Shown piece by piece: positions 55,351 to 64,000 of a stretch of 64,000 bases of DNA. This stretch comes from Alphaproteobacteria bacterium (lineage in GTDB: Bacteria; Pseudomonadota; Alphaproteobacteria; JABAAW01; JAHZMA01). The stretch spans positions 7,869 to 71,868 of the forward strand of contig CBDBHZ010000012.1 of assembly GCA_965205905.1 (NCBI GenBank), in the 5' to 3' direction. Position numbers and translations under genes: made by a program. The notes under the pieces were generated by a model, which saw nothing but the letters and a program-made list of their open reading frames with translations, did no database searches and had not been told where the DNA came from. Position 1 is the stretch's first letter. Every line of letters begins with the position of its first letter.

Positions 55351-55842
55351 GTGAATGGGGTTCTAGCCAAAATTCTAAAATTAGAAGTTCTTGTCGCAGG
55401 ATTATTTTATGGTCTTGCGGCAGGGATTTTGGTGATAGATGTGGTATCGCGTGAAATATTTGGGCAATCTATATGGGGCGCGCAAAGAATGGCGGTGTTA
55501 CTGGCAAATGGCGCAGCCTTAATTGGCATTGGGGTGGCTGTTGGTTTAGGACGGCATATTCGTCCACCTTTGTTAGATTTTATTGTTAAAGATTCTTACC
55601 TCCCTTATGTGCAACGCATCGGGCATTTTATTTCTAGCCTTGTCTGTTTTATTGGTGCTTATTATGCCAGTTTATTGGTGCTAAGCAACAAACAGATGGG
55701 TTTTACTGCAGTGCCATTAGATTTGCAGATTTGGGTGGCACAAACCGCTCTTATTTATGGGCTTGCCTCGTCGGGTATGCGCTATCTTATTTTTATGTTG
55801 CGGCCAGCTTTAGCCCCTGTTGACGATGCGAGTAAGACATAA
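55351..55842 (+). CDS. dctQ: TRAP transporter small permease DctQ
   Basis: 163 aa with 4 TM helices and a GTG start. The stop overlaps the dctM ATG (TAATG). Confidence 0.82.
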   Translation: MNGVLAKILKLEVLVAGLFYGLAAGILVIDVVSREIFGQSIWGAQRMAVLLANGAALIGIGVAVGLGRHIRPPLLDFIVKDSYLPYVQRIGHFISSLVCFIGAYYASLLVLSNKQMGFTAVPLDLQIWVAQTALIYGLASSGMRYLIFMLRPALAPVDDASKT

Positions 55843-57104
55843 TGCTTTCTTTGATTTTATTAGCTATCATTGTTGTGCTATTGGCGTTTCGACAATCGGT
55901 GATGATTATTTTAGCGGTCTCAGTTGCTTTCATGCATCTGTTTTGGGGTGATGGTGATTTACTGTATCTGTTAGAAGATTCATGGATTGCGATTGATAAA
56001 GAGGCACTGCTTGCCATCCCGATGTTTATTTTGGTGGGGGCTGTGATGTCGCGTGGCTCAATCGCTGAAAGGCTGATAGAAATGATTGTGGCGGCAACCA
56101 GTCGATTTCGTGGCGGATTAGGGGCGGCGGCAATTTTATCTTGTGCTGTGTTTGCGGCTATTTCGGGCTCATCACCTGTTACATTAATTGCTGTGGGTGC
56201 CATTCTTTATCCTGCTTTATTGAAAGAAGGCTATAGCAAAAACTATTCACTAGGCGCGCTTACAAGTGGCAGCACACTTGGCATTATTATTCCGCCATCA
56301 ATTCCTTTGATTATTTATGGCATAGCCACTGAAACATCGATTGTTGCGTTATTCTCGGCGGGGCTGATACCCGGTATTATTTTAGCGATGGTGATGGTTG
56401 TCTATACATTATGGCGCAATCAAGATATTGTAGCGCGCCCGCGTGAAAAAAGAAGTTTGTTTGAAAGTGTGAGGCGTGGCGGCCCTGCTTTATTTATGCC
56501 AATCTTATTGCTTGGGGGAATTTATTCAGGTTATTTTAGCCCGACAGAATCTTCGGCTGTTGCACTTTTATATGCGATTTGCATTGAAACATTTGTGTAT
56601 CGCGAGATGAGGTTTAACGATATTTATGAGATTGTGCAAGAAACCCTATCTCTGTTAGGGTCGCTGATTCCTATTATCGCGATTGCGGTCAGCATTAATA
56701 TATTTTTGACGGCTGAAGGTGTGCCAGCGATGTTGACGCAATGGCTTAGCGCAAATATTACCAATGTGATTATATTTATCATTTGTCTCAATCTTCTGTT
56801 ATTGCTGGTTGGTTGTTTGATGGATACAATCTCTGCCTTGCTGATATTAGGACCATTAATCGCCCCCATTGCCGCATCTTATGGCATTCACCCTGTGCAT
56901 TTGGGCATTATGATGGTATTAAATTTAGAAATTGGCTTGCTAACCCCGCCGATGGGCTTAAATCTTTTGGTGGCAAGCACCACATTTAAGGAACCCTTTA
57001 CGCGCGTGGTTAAATCAGTGTTACCGTTTATTGGGCTGATGCTATTGGTTTTATTGCTTATCAGCTTTGTGCCACAGCTTTCACTGTTTTTCGTGGCAAG
57101 ATGA
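55842..57104 (+). CDS. dctM: TRAP transporter large permease DctM
   Basis: 420 aa and polytopic, with typical ..GGIYSGYFSPTESSAVA.. and ..LLTPPMGLNLLVAS... Confidence 0.9.
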   Translation: MLSLILLAIIVVLLAFRQSVMIILAVSVAFMHLFWGDGDLLYLLEDSWIAIDKEALLAIPMFILVGAVMSRGSIAERLIEMIVAATSRFRGGLGAAAILSCAVFAAISGSSPVTLIAVGAILYPALLKEGYSKNYSLGALTSGSTLGIIIPPSIPLIIYGIATETSIVALFSAGLIPGIILAMVMVVYTLWRNQDIVARPREKRSLFESVRRGGPALFMPILLLGGIYSGYFSPTESSAVALLYAICIETFVYREMRFNDIYEIVQETLSLLGSLIPIIAIAVSINIFLTAEGVPAMLTQWLSANITNVIIFIICLNLLLLLVGCLMDTISALLILGPLIAPIAASYGIHPVHLGIMMVLNLEIGLLTPPMGLNLLVASTTFKEPFTRVVKSVLPFIGLMLLVLLLISFVPQLSLFFVAR

Positions 57105-59200
57105 TGCCAGAAAATATATTAGAAAAAATAAATTACCAACGTCGTGATAATATCGCAATTATCTGTATCGATAACCCGCCCGTAAATGCGTTAAGCAAGC
57201 AGGTAAGGCAGGCATTACAGCAACAGATAACAAAATTTCAACAAGATGATAAAGCCGAGATTGCGATTTTAATCGGTAAAAATGCTTTTATCGCAGGCGC
57301 GGATGTTACCGAATTTCGCAAGCCACCGCAAGCTCCCTTTTTGCCCGATATTATCGCCCTGATTGAGAATACGCCAAAAATCATCATTGCCGCAATGGCA
57401 GGCTTCACGCTAGGGGGCGGTTTAGAAATTGCCTTAGCCGCTGATTACCGATTGGCAGATAGCAAGACATTATTCGGCTTTCCAGAGGTTACATTAGGGG
57501 TGATACCGGGGTCAGGTGGCACTCAAAAATTGCCAAGATTGGTGGGGGTGGAAAAAGCTTTGGAATTGATTACCTCTGGCAAGCAATTTACCGCCACGCA
57601 AGCGCATCAATTAGGGGTGATAGATAGAATCAGTGATGCCGATGATTTGCAACAGGTTGCCATTGATTTTGCCAAAGAAATATTGAAAGAAAATTATCCG
57701 CGCACATCTGTGTCGCAATTACCGCTACCGATAGTAGCATCACCCGATATTTTCACAGACTATCAGCAAAAATTGCAAAAATCAGCATTCGGGCAAGTGG
57801 CACAATCACATGCGGTAAAAGCCATTCAAATTGCTAGCGAGAAAAGCGTTGCTGAGGGCATGAAAGCCGAGCGTCTGCTATTTTTAGAATTATTGCAAAC
57901 CCCGCAACGGGCTGGCTTGGTACACGCATTTTTTGCTGAAAATCGCTTGAAAAAAATCCCTGAATTAAAGCAGGTAACCGTGCCTGATATTGATAATGTG
58001 GCGGTGATTGGTGGTGGCACGATGGGGTGCGGCATCGCAACCGCCTTGCTATTAAACGGCTTTGCGGTGATACTGATAGAGCAAAATGATGAAGCGGTTG
58101 CAACTGCCACTCAACGCATTGCAAATTTGCTTGATACATCAGTGGCACGTGGCAAGATTGATGCTGATAAGCGCGATATATTGTTGAACAAACAGTTGCA
58201 AATAACCAGTGATTATCAGCAGATTGCCGATGCTGATTTGGTGATTGAGGCGGTATTTGAAGATATGGCGGTGAAACAAAAAATCTTTGCATTGCTAGAT
58301 AAAATCTGTAAAAAAGAGACGGTTTTAGCCAGCAATACCTCTTATTTGGATATTAATCAGATTGCCCGTAGCACCAACCGTGCCTCGCAAATTATTGGCT
58401 TACATTTTTTCTCACCTGCCCATATTATGAAATTGCTAGAGGTGATTATCCCTGATACCGCCAGCCCGCAGAGCATTGCAATCGGGTTTGCCTTTGCCAA
58501 GAAAATGAAAAAAATCGCGGTGCGCTCCCGCGTATGTGATGGTTTTATTGGCAATCGAATTTTGGCAAAATTGCGCGATGCCGCGCATATGATGGTGCTT
58601 GCGGGTGCAGATTTATATCAGATAGATAAAGCGTTAGTGGGGTTTGGCTTCCCGATGGGCGTGTTTGCAACAGGCGATTTGGCAGGGCTAGATATTCAAT
58701 GGGCGCAACGCAAGCGCAAAAAGCAAACACAGCTATCGATAGATTTTCCTGATAGAATTTGCGAGAATGGTTGGTTCGGGCAAAAAACCGGACGCGGCTA
58801 TTATCTTTATCCAGCTGATAGCAAGCAAGGCATTGTTGATGCGGAGGTGCAGGCAATTATTAAAGCAGAGAGGCAGGCAAAAAACATTATTGTCAAAACA
58901 TTCACCGACCAAGAAATCATCGATTGCTATCTGGCCGCCATGATTAACGAGGCGGCAAATATTGTGGCAGATGGCATTGCCACCCGTCCATCAGATGTTG
59001 ATATGGTGATGATTGCGGGTTATGGCTTTCCGCGCTATCGTGGTGGGCCGCTGCATTATGCTGATTTAATCGGTTTAAATAATATTGTGAGCATCATTAA
59101 GAATTACCAAACAGAAAATACAGAATTTTGGCAAATATCGCCGTTATTACAACGATTAGAACAACAGAAAAAATCATTTGATAGTTTAAATGAAGCGTAA
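57101..59200 (+). CDS. Bifunctional enoyl-CoA hydratase / 3-hydroxyacyl-CoA dehydrogenase (FadB/FadJ-like)
   Basis: 699 aa with a crotonase N-terminus (..IDNPPVNALS.., ..GFTLGGGLEIALAAD..) and a Rossmann motif VAVIGGGTMGCGIA. The ATGA overlaps the dctM stop. Confidence 0.9.
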   Translation: MMPENILEKINYQRRDNIAIICIDNPPVNALSKQVRQALQQQITKFQQDDKAEIAILIGKNAFIAGADVTEFRKPPQAPFLPDIIALIENTPKIIIAAMAGFTLGGGLEIALAADYRLADSKTLFGFPEVTLGVIPGSGGTQKLPRLVGVEKALELITSGKQFTATQAHQLGVIDRISDADDLQQVAIDFAKEILKENYPRTSVSQLPLPIVASPDIFTDYQQKLQKSAFGQVAQSHAVKAIQIASEKSVAEGMKAERLLFLELLQTPQRAGLVHAFFAENRLKKIPELKQVTVPDIDNVAVIGGGTMGCGIATALLLNGFAVILIEQNDEAVATATQRIANLLDTSVARGKIDADKRDILLNKQLQITSDYQQIADADLVIEAVFEDMAVKQKIFALLDKICKKETVLASNTSYLDINQIARSTNRASQIIGLHFFSPAHIMKLLEVIIPDTASPQSIAIGFAFAKKMKKIAVRSRVCDGFIGNRILAKLRDAAHMMVLAGADLYQIDKALVGFGFPMGVFATGDLAGLDIQWAQRKRKKQTQLSIDFPDRICENGWFGQKTGRGYYLYPADSKQGIVDAEVQAIIKAERQAKNIIVKTFTDQEIIDCYLAAMINEAANIVADGIATRPSDVDMVMIAGYGFPRYRGGPLHYADLIGLNNIVSIIKNYQTENTEFWQISPLLQRLEQQKKSFDSLNEA

Positions 59201-59220
59201 GAATTTATTGACATATTATA

Positions 59221-59248
59221 TGTTATTGGTGTAATGTTACAGAATCAA
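59221..59248 (+). promoter_or_regulatory. Shared upstream motif TGTTAT..TGTTACAGAATCAA (copy 2)
   Basis: tgttattggtgtaatgttacagaatcaa contains the palindrome TTACAgaatcaaTGTAA. It lies 62 nt upstream of ATG 59310. Confidence 0.3.
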
Positions 59249-59309
59249 TGTAATAACGTTTTTTTGTTACATTGCGTATTTAATATTGTTATTATGGGAG
59301 AATAAAACA

Positions 59310-60332
59310 ATGAAACATCTTAAAATAACGCTATTCGCTTTATTATTAGCGGGTTATAGCGTAACAGCACAAGCTGAAAAACAAATGACGGTAGGCACAT
59401 GGTTAGGGCCATCGCATACCATGAATGAAAATTTCTTTGCCCAATGGGCGAAGCAAATTTCAGATGCCACCAATGGCGAAGTTACTCTAAAATTAGAATA
59501 TCATAAGGGACACCCTAAAGCGATTTTTGATTTGGTTGAAGATGGCACTTACGATGCAGGTTGGTCGTTTCATGGCTATATACCGGGCAGATTTAAGCTG
59601 ACTGTTATGGCAGAATTGCCACTATTAGGCGCGGGCGCACAAGCCGCTTCTACCGCTTATTGGGAGACTTACGAAAAATATCTTGCCAAAGCCAATGAGC
59701 ATGATGGCGTTGAATTGGCGGCGTTATTCATGCATGGTCCAGGGCAAATTCAAATGCGTCAACCCATTAGCAATCTTGCCGATATGAAAGGCAAGAAAAT
59801 CCGTGTTGGCGGCGGTGTGCAAGGCTTGATTGGCAAAAATATGGGCATTGCTGCCATTGCGGCGCCGGGCTCTAAAGTGTATGAGATTCTATCGCAAGGC
59901 GTTGCTGATGGTGTGTTCATGCCTGTTGGTGAGCAAAATAGTTTGCGTCTATCAGAAGTTACCAAATATATTTACGAAGTGCCGGGTGGCATGTATTTGG
60001 GCAGTTTTGCAATATTTATCAGCCCAGATTTCTTGGCATCGTTAGATACAAAAACCCGTAAAGCATTGCTGAAAACCACGGGCAAAGATTTGTCAACATT
60101 GGCGGGCAAATTATGGGAAGAAAATGATGATAAAGGCTATCAGGCAGCAAAAAAAGCTGGCGTTACGGTTACAACATTATCAAAGGCAGATGTAAAAACA
60201 TTTGTTGGCTATAGCAAGCAGATTGAAGCTGATTGGCTGAAAGATGTTGCAAAACGCGATGTTGATGCTAAAAAAGCGCTTGCTGATTTCCGCAAACGCG
60301 CCCGCGCCTATCAGAAAAAAATGCAAAAATAA
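59310..60332 (+). CDS. dctP: TRAP transporter substrate-binding protein DctP (second system)
   Basis: ATG 59310 (MKHLKITLFALLLAGYSVTAQA) follows GGGAG; the track uses TTG 59286. Confidence 0.88.
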   Translation: MKHLKITLFALLLAGYSVTAQAEKQMTVGTWLGPSHTMNENFFAQWAKQISDATNGEVTLKLEYHKGHPKAIFDLVEDGTYDAGWSFHGYIPGRFKLTVMAELPLLGAGAQAASTAYWETYEKYLAKANEHDGVELAALFMHGPGQIQMRQPISNLADMKGKKIRVGGGVQGLIGKNMGIAAIAAPGSKVYEILSQGVADGVFMPVGEQNSLRLSEVTKYIYEVPGGMYLGSFAIFISPDFLASLDTKTRKALLKTTGKDLSTLAGKLWEENDDKGYQAAKKAGVTVTTLSKADVKTFVGYSKQIEADWLKDVAKRDVDAKKALADFRKRARAYQKKMQK

Positions 60333-60393
60333 TAACGCTATGTAAACTCATTTGAAGCAACAGTTTAACCGCTGTTGCTTTAAGGGGTATCAG

Positions 60394-60966
60394 ATGATAA
60401 AAAAATATTTTCAGAATTATTGGCTAAAAGGCAGACTGCCAGCGAGATATATTGCGACTGGTATTCAAAGCACTATCCCCAATCATATTGCCACCGCCGC
60501 GGGCATTTTATTATTGCTGGTGATGGTGATAACTTTTATTGATGTGATTGGACGCTATGTGTTTTCTGCGCCCATCAAAGGCGCGGTTGAGCTGACTGAA
60601 TTTATCCAAACTATTTTTATTGTAGCGGGGATATGGATTGTTACAATCGCAAATCGCCATATAACAGTGGATTTATTTGATAGGTTTTTGCCAAAATCAT
60701 TTCAGCATTGGTGGCAAAATATTAACTGGCTGCTCATCATTATCAGTTTCTATTTTATTGGCAAGCGCATTTGGTATTTTGCGGAACGTTCAGCACGGCG
60801 TGAAGAGGTGAGCGAATATTTTCTTATCCCGCTATTTTATAGCAAAGCCTATGTGGCAATCATCTGTTATGTGATTGCAGGTTTTTCACTGATTTATTTG
60901 CTATTATCAATATTTTATCCAAAAGCAACCATGCAACAAACCGAGATAGAAAACCGCCATGATTGA
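60394..60966 (+). CDS. dctQ: TRAP transporter small permease DctQ (second system)
   Basis: ATG 60394 follows AAGGGG; the track uses TTG 60352. It has 4 TM helices and an 8-nt overlap with dctM. Confidence 0.8.
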   Translation: MIKKYFQNYWLKGRLPARYIATGIQSTIPNHIATAAGILLLLVMVITFIDVIGRYVFSAPIKGAVELTEFIQTIFIVAGIWIVTIANRHITVDLFDRFLPKSFQHWWQNINWLLIIISFYFIGKRIWYFAERSARREEVSEYFLIPLFYSKAYVAIICYVIAGFSLIYLLLSIFYPKATMQQTEIENRHD

Positions 60967-62287
60967 AGCAGTTTCAGGCATGACAATTTTACTCTTGTTG
61001 ATTTTTTTACGAATGCCGATTGCATTGGCGATGGGGTTGGTTGGCTTTATGGGTTTCGCGCTGATTTCTGGTTTGGGCACTGAAATTAGCTTTGCAGAAT
61101 TTCGGTGGCAATCGGTATTATCACTTGCTGCCAATGATTTACTTTCGATTAGTGGCAATTATTCACTATCGATTATTCCACTATTCATTTTGATGGGCAA
61201 TTTTGTTTCGCAAGCAGGATTATCAAAACAGCTTTATGATGTTTCTTACGCATTTTTAGGACATAAAAAAGGCGGATTAGCAATGGCGAGTGTAACGGCA
61301 TGTGGGCTGTTTTCGTCTATTTGCGGGTCTAGCCTTGCCACTGCCGCTACTATGTCGCAAGTGGCGATTCCACAAATGCGCCGCTATGGCTATAGTGATG
61401 CGCTCGCCACTGCTTCGGTTGCCGCTGGTGGCACATTGGGTATCTTAATCCCACCAAGCGTGATTTTGGTGATTTATGGCATTATCAGCAATCAGAGTAT
61501 CCGCGAATTATTTGCCGCAGGCTTTATCCCGGGTTTGATTGGCATTATATTTTATCTGTTGGCAGTCAAATGGGCAGTATATCGGCGACCGCAAGATGGA
61601 CCCGCAGGGGAAAAAATCAGCTTTCAAGAAAAAATCAAAGCCATTAAAGGCGTGCAAGCCACGTTATTGTTACTCATCACAGTGATTGGCGGTATTTATG
61701 CAGGTGTGTTTACGCCAACCGAAGCGGCATCTATCGGCTCGATGGGCGCGTTTGGCATCGCCTTATTCAGACGCACTTTAACCTTGCCGATATTATTGCG
61801 GATAGCCTCTGATTCTGTCAAAACCAGCGCATCTTTATTTGCGATTCTATTTGGCGCAACAATTTTTGCAAGCTTCATCGACCGCACAGGCTTCCCTAAC
61901 CAGCTTGCAGATTTAATTCAACAGATGGCAATCACTCCTTTTGTGGTGATATTACTGATTTTACTGCTCTATATTATTTTGGGGATGGTGATGGAAAGCC
62001 TGTCAATGATTTTGCTAACCGTGCCAGTGATTTACCCGATAGTTGCCAGCATGGGTTTTGATTTGGTTTGGTTTGGCATTATTGTGGTGGTGGTAACTGA
62101 AATTAGCCTGATTACACCGCCAGTGGGGCTGAATGTATTTGTGCTATCTAACATGCTCCCCGATATTAAGGTCGGCACGATATTTAAGGGCATTACGCCC
62201 TTCTGGGTGATGGATATTTTACGGCTATTGCTGTTAACATTGATACCGAGTCTGTCATTATTTCTACCGCAATTATTTTACGGGTGA
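60959..62287 (+). CDS. dctM: TRAP transporter large permease DctM (second system)
   Basis: 442 aa and polytopic, with ..GGIYAGVFTPTEAASIG.. and ..LITPPVGLNVFV... Confidence 0.9.
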   Translation: MIEAVSGMTILLLLIFLRMPIALAMGLVGFMGFALISGLGTEISFAEFRWQSVLSLAANDLLSISGNYSLSIIPLFILMGNFVSQAGLSKQLYDVSYAFLGHKKGGLAMASVTACGLFSSICGSSLATAATMSQVAIPQMRRYGYSDALATASVAAGGTLGILIPPSVILVIYGIISNQSIRELFAAGFIPGLIGIIFYLLAVKWAVYRRPQDGPAGEKISFQEKIKAIKGVQATLLLLITVIGGIYAGVFTPTEAASIGSMGAFGIALFRRTLTLPILLRIASDSVKTSASLFAILFGATIFASFIDRTGFPNQLADLIQQMAITPFVVILLILLLYIILGMVMESLSMILLTVPVIYPIVASMGFDLVWFGIIVVVVTEISLITPPVGLNVFVLSNMLPDIKVGTIFKGITPFWVMDILRLLLLTLIPSLSLFLPQLFYG

Positions 62288-62304
62288 TGGAGGAATGATT
62301 GACG

Positions 62305-63510
62305 ATGTCTGATGCTTATATTTGCGATTATAGCCGCACGCCGATTGGGCGTTATGGTGGGGCGTTGGCGCATATCCGCCCCGATGATTTAGGCGTTGTG
62401 CCACTGAACGCATTGCAAGCGCGCAATTCGCAAATTGATTGGCAAGAATTAGACGAGATAATTTTAGGCTGTGCCAATCAGGCAGGCGAGGATAATCGCA
62501 ATATTGCCCGTATGTGTGGCTTGTTGGCAGGTTTGCCAATAACAACACCCGCTATCACCGTTAATCGCTTATGTGCATCAGGGCTAGATGCGGCATTGCT
62601 GGCAGCGCGTGCCATTAAAGCAGGCGAGATGGATTTGGTGATTGCAGGCGGGGTGGAATCAATGTCACGCGCGCCTTTTGTGATGCCGAAAGCCGAGAAT
62701 GGTTTTACGCGCAATGCTGAAATTTATGATACCACCATTGGTTGGCGGTTTATCAACCCGTTATTAAAGGCAGAGTTTGGCGTGGATTCCATGCCTGAAA
62801 CCGCTGAAAATGTTGCCGAAAAATTTAATATCTCACGTGCCGACCAAGATAAATTTGCCTTGCATTCACAGCAAAAAACCGCAAAAGCCATCAAAAATGG
62901 CAGGCTAGCACAGGAAATCACCCCCGTTACGATAAAGCAAAAAAAAGGTGATGTGTTGGTGATAGATACCGATGAACATCCGCGTGGCGATATTGATTTG
63001 CAAAAATTAACGTCTCTCAAACCGATTGTGAAGCCAGATGGCACGGTTACCGCAGGCAATGCATCAGGGGTAAATGATGGGGCGGCGGCGTTATTGATTG
63101 CTTCAAAAAACTCAGTGAAACAGCATGGTTTAACGCCGCTTGTCCGTATTGTGGGTGGTGCGAGTGTGGGCATTGCGCCCAATATGATGGGGTTTGCGCC
63201 TGCATTGGCGGTTGAGAAAATTTGCAGGCAATATCAGCTAACCCCGCAAGATTTTGCGGTGATTGAATTGAACGAGGCTTTCGCCAGTCAGGCATTGGCA
63301 ATCTTACGCCATCTGAATATTGCCGATGATGCGCCGCATGTGAATCCACATGGTGGCGCGATTGCGTTAGGGCATCCGCTTGGCATGTCGGGCGCGCGGA
63401 TTTTAGGCAGTGCCGCCATATCGCTACAACAGACAGAAGGTAAATATGGGCTTGTCACCATGTGTGTTGGCGTTGGGCAAGGCGTTGCATTGTTGCTAGA
63501 AAAAGTGTAA
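62305..63510 (+). CDS. paaJ: Acetyl-CoA C-acyltransferase (3-oxoadipyl-CoA thiolase-like, PaaJ/PcaF type)
   Basis: ATG 62305 follows GGAGGA. The active-site Cys is in ..VNRLCASGLDA.., with ..NPHGGAIALGHPLGMSGAR.. and ..TMCVGVGQG... It lies next to paaA. Confidence 0.85.
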   Translation: MSDAYICDYSRTPIGRYGGALAHIRPDDLGVVPLNALQARNSQIDWQELDEIILGCANQAGEDNRNIARMCGLLAGLPITTPAITVNRLCASGLDAALLAARAIKAGEMDLVIAGGVESMSRAPFVMPKAENGFTRNAEIYDTTIGWRFINPLLKAEFGVDSMPETAENVAEKFNISRADQDKFALHSQQKTAKAIKNGRLAQEITPVTIKQKKGDVLVIDTDEHPRGDIDLQKLTSLKPIVKPDGTVTAGNASGVNDGAAALLIASKNSVKQHGLTPLVRIVGGASVGIAPNMMGFAPALAVEKICRQYQLTPQDFAVIELNEAFASQALAILRHLNIADDAPHVNPHGGAIALGHPLGMSGARILGSAAISLQQTEGKYGLVTMCVGVGQGVALLLEKV

Positions 63511-63596
63511 ATTGCCAAATGTTACAAAAATAATTGACTTTTTATTATTTGCAACATATTATCAATGTAGAGGCTTTAATTGTAAGGAATAAAATA

Positions 63597-64000
63597 ATGT
63601 ACACACAAGGATTATCAAATTCTAACAGTGACGAATTTATTGAAGATGAGGAATTTTTAACAAAATTTCAGGCGCGTATCGATAATGAAGAAAAAATCGA
63701 GCCCAATGATGCTATGCCCAAAGCCTACCGCAAAACTTTGATACGGCAAATCAGCCAACATGCCCATTCAGAGATTATTGGCATGTTACCAGAGGGCAAT
63801 TGGATTTCGCGTAGCCCCACCTTGCGCCGTAAAAAAATCTTGCTTGCCAAAGTGCAAGATGAGGGTGGGCACGGTTTGTATCTGTATGCCGCCGCCGAAA
63901 CGCTTGGCATATCGCGCGAAGAAATGATAGAGCAATTATTGGCAGGTAAGGCGAAATATTCGTCAATTTTCAACTATCCAACCCCAAGCTGGGCAGATAT
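63597..64000 (+). CDS. paaA: 1,2-phenylacetyl-CoA epoxidase subunit A (5' part; runs off the window end)
   Basis: Absent from the ORF track (no stop in the window). My translation from ATG 63597 (AAGGAA upstream) gives MYTQGLSNS...[71 protein letters not shown]..., the diiron-ligand region typical of PaaA. Confidence 0.88.
   Translation, partial: MYTQGLSNSNSDEFIEDEEFLTKFQARIDNEEKIEPNDAMPKAYRKTLIRQISQHAHSEIIGMLPEGNWISRSPTLRRKKILLAKVQDEGGHGLYLYAAAETLGISREEMIEQLLAGKAKYSSIFNYPTPSWAD

Overview
64-kb chromosomal window with about 50 genes and no rRNA, tRNA, CRISPR, transposase or integrase. It is probably from a marine alphaproteobacterium; I infer this only from topA-rnr synteny, an alpha-type flagellin-like gene and many TRAP/ABC uptake systems.

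Gene order:
(1) Two tandem minus-strand genes, <1..1084 and 1377..6284, for very large modular surface lipoproteins built from repeated TbpB/fHbp-like handle-barrel modules.
(2) An orphan flagellin-family gene, then rnr and topA.
(3) An AT-rich ~9.6-kb island (12.4-22.0 kb). It holds four tandem paralogous 5-TM plus alkaline-phosphatase-superfamily membrane enzymes, a small membrane peptide, a SAM methyltransferase and a membrane-anchored PQQ-type beta-propeller.
(4) acs.
(5) A near-complete reductive pyrimidine catabolon: cytosine deaminase, BMP-type ABC importer, RutR, PreT/PreA, dihydropyrimidinase, beta-ureidopropionase, MmsA and an Asp/Glu-racemase-superfamily protein.
(6) An MCP.
(7) A ProVWX-type betaine transporter next to an ACC-deaminase-family PLP enzyme, an amidase and a DUF1989-GcvT fusion.
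(8) A third modular lipoprotein (49239..52337), followed by an unusual GC-rich, hairpin-rich 430-bp non-coding spacer.
(9) An amidase, two TRAP transporters interleaved with beta-oxidation genes, and the start of paaA.

Best candidates for something undescribed: the four-paralog envelope-modification-like island, the multi-barrel lipoprotein family, the structured non-coding spacer, and the DUF1989-GcvT osmolyte-linked module. All functional calls come from motif recognition by eye; no database search was run.
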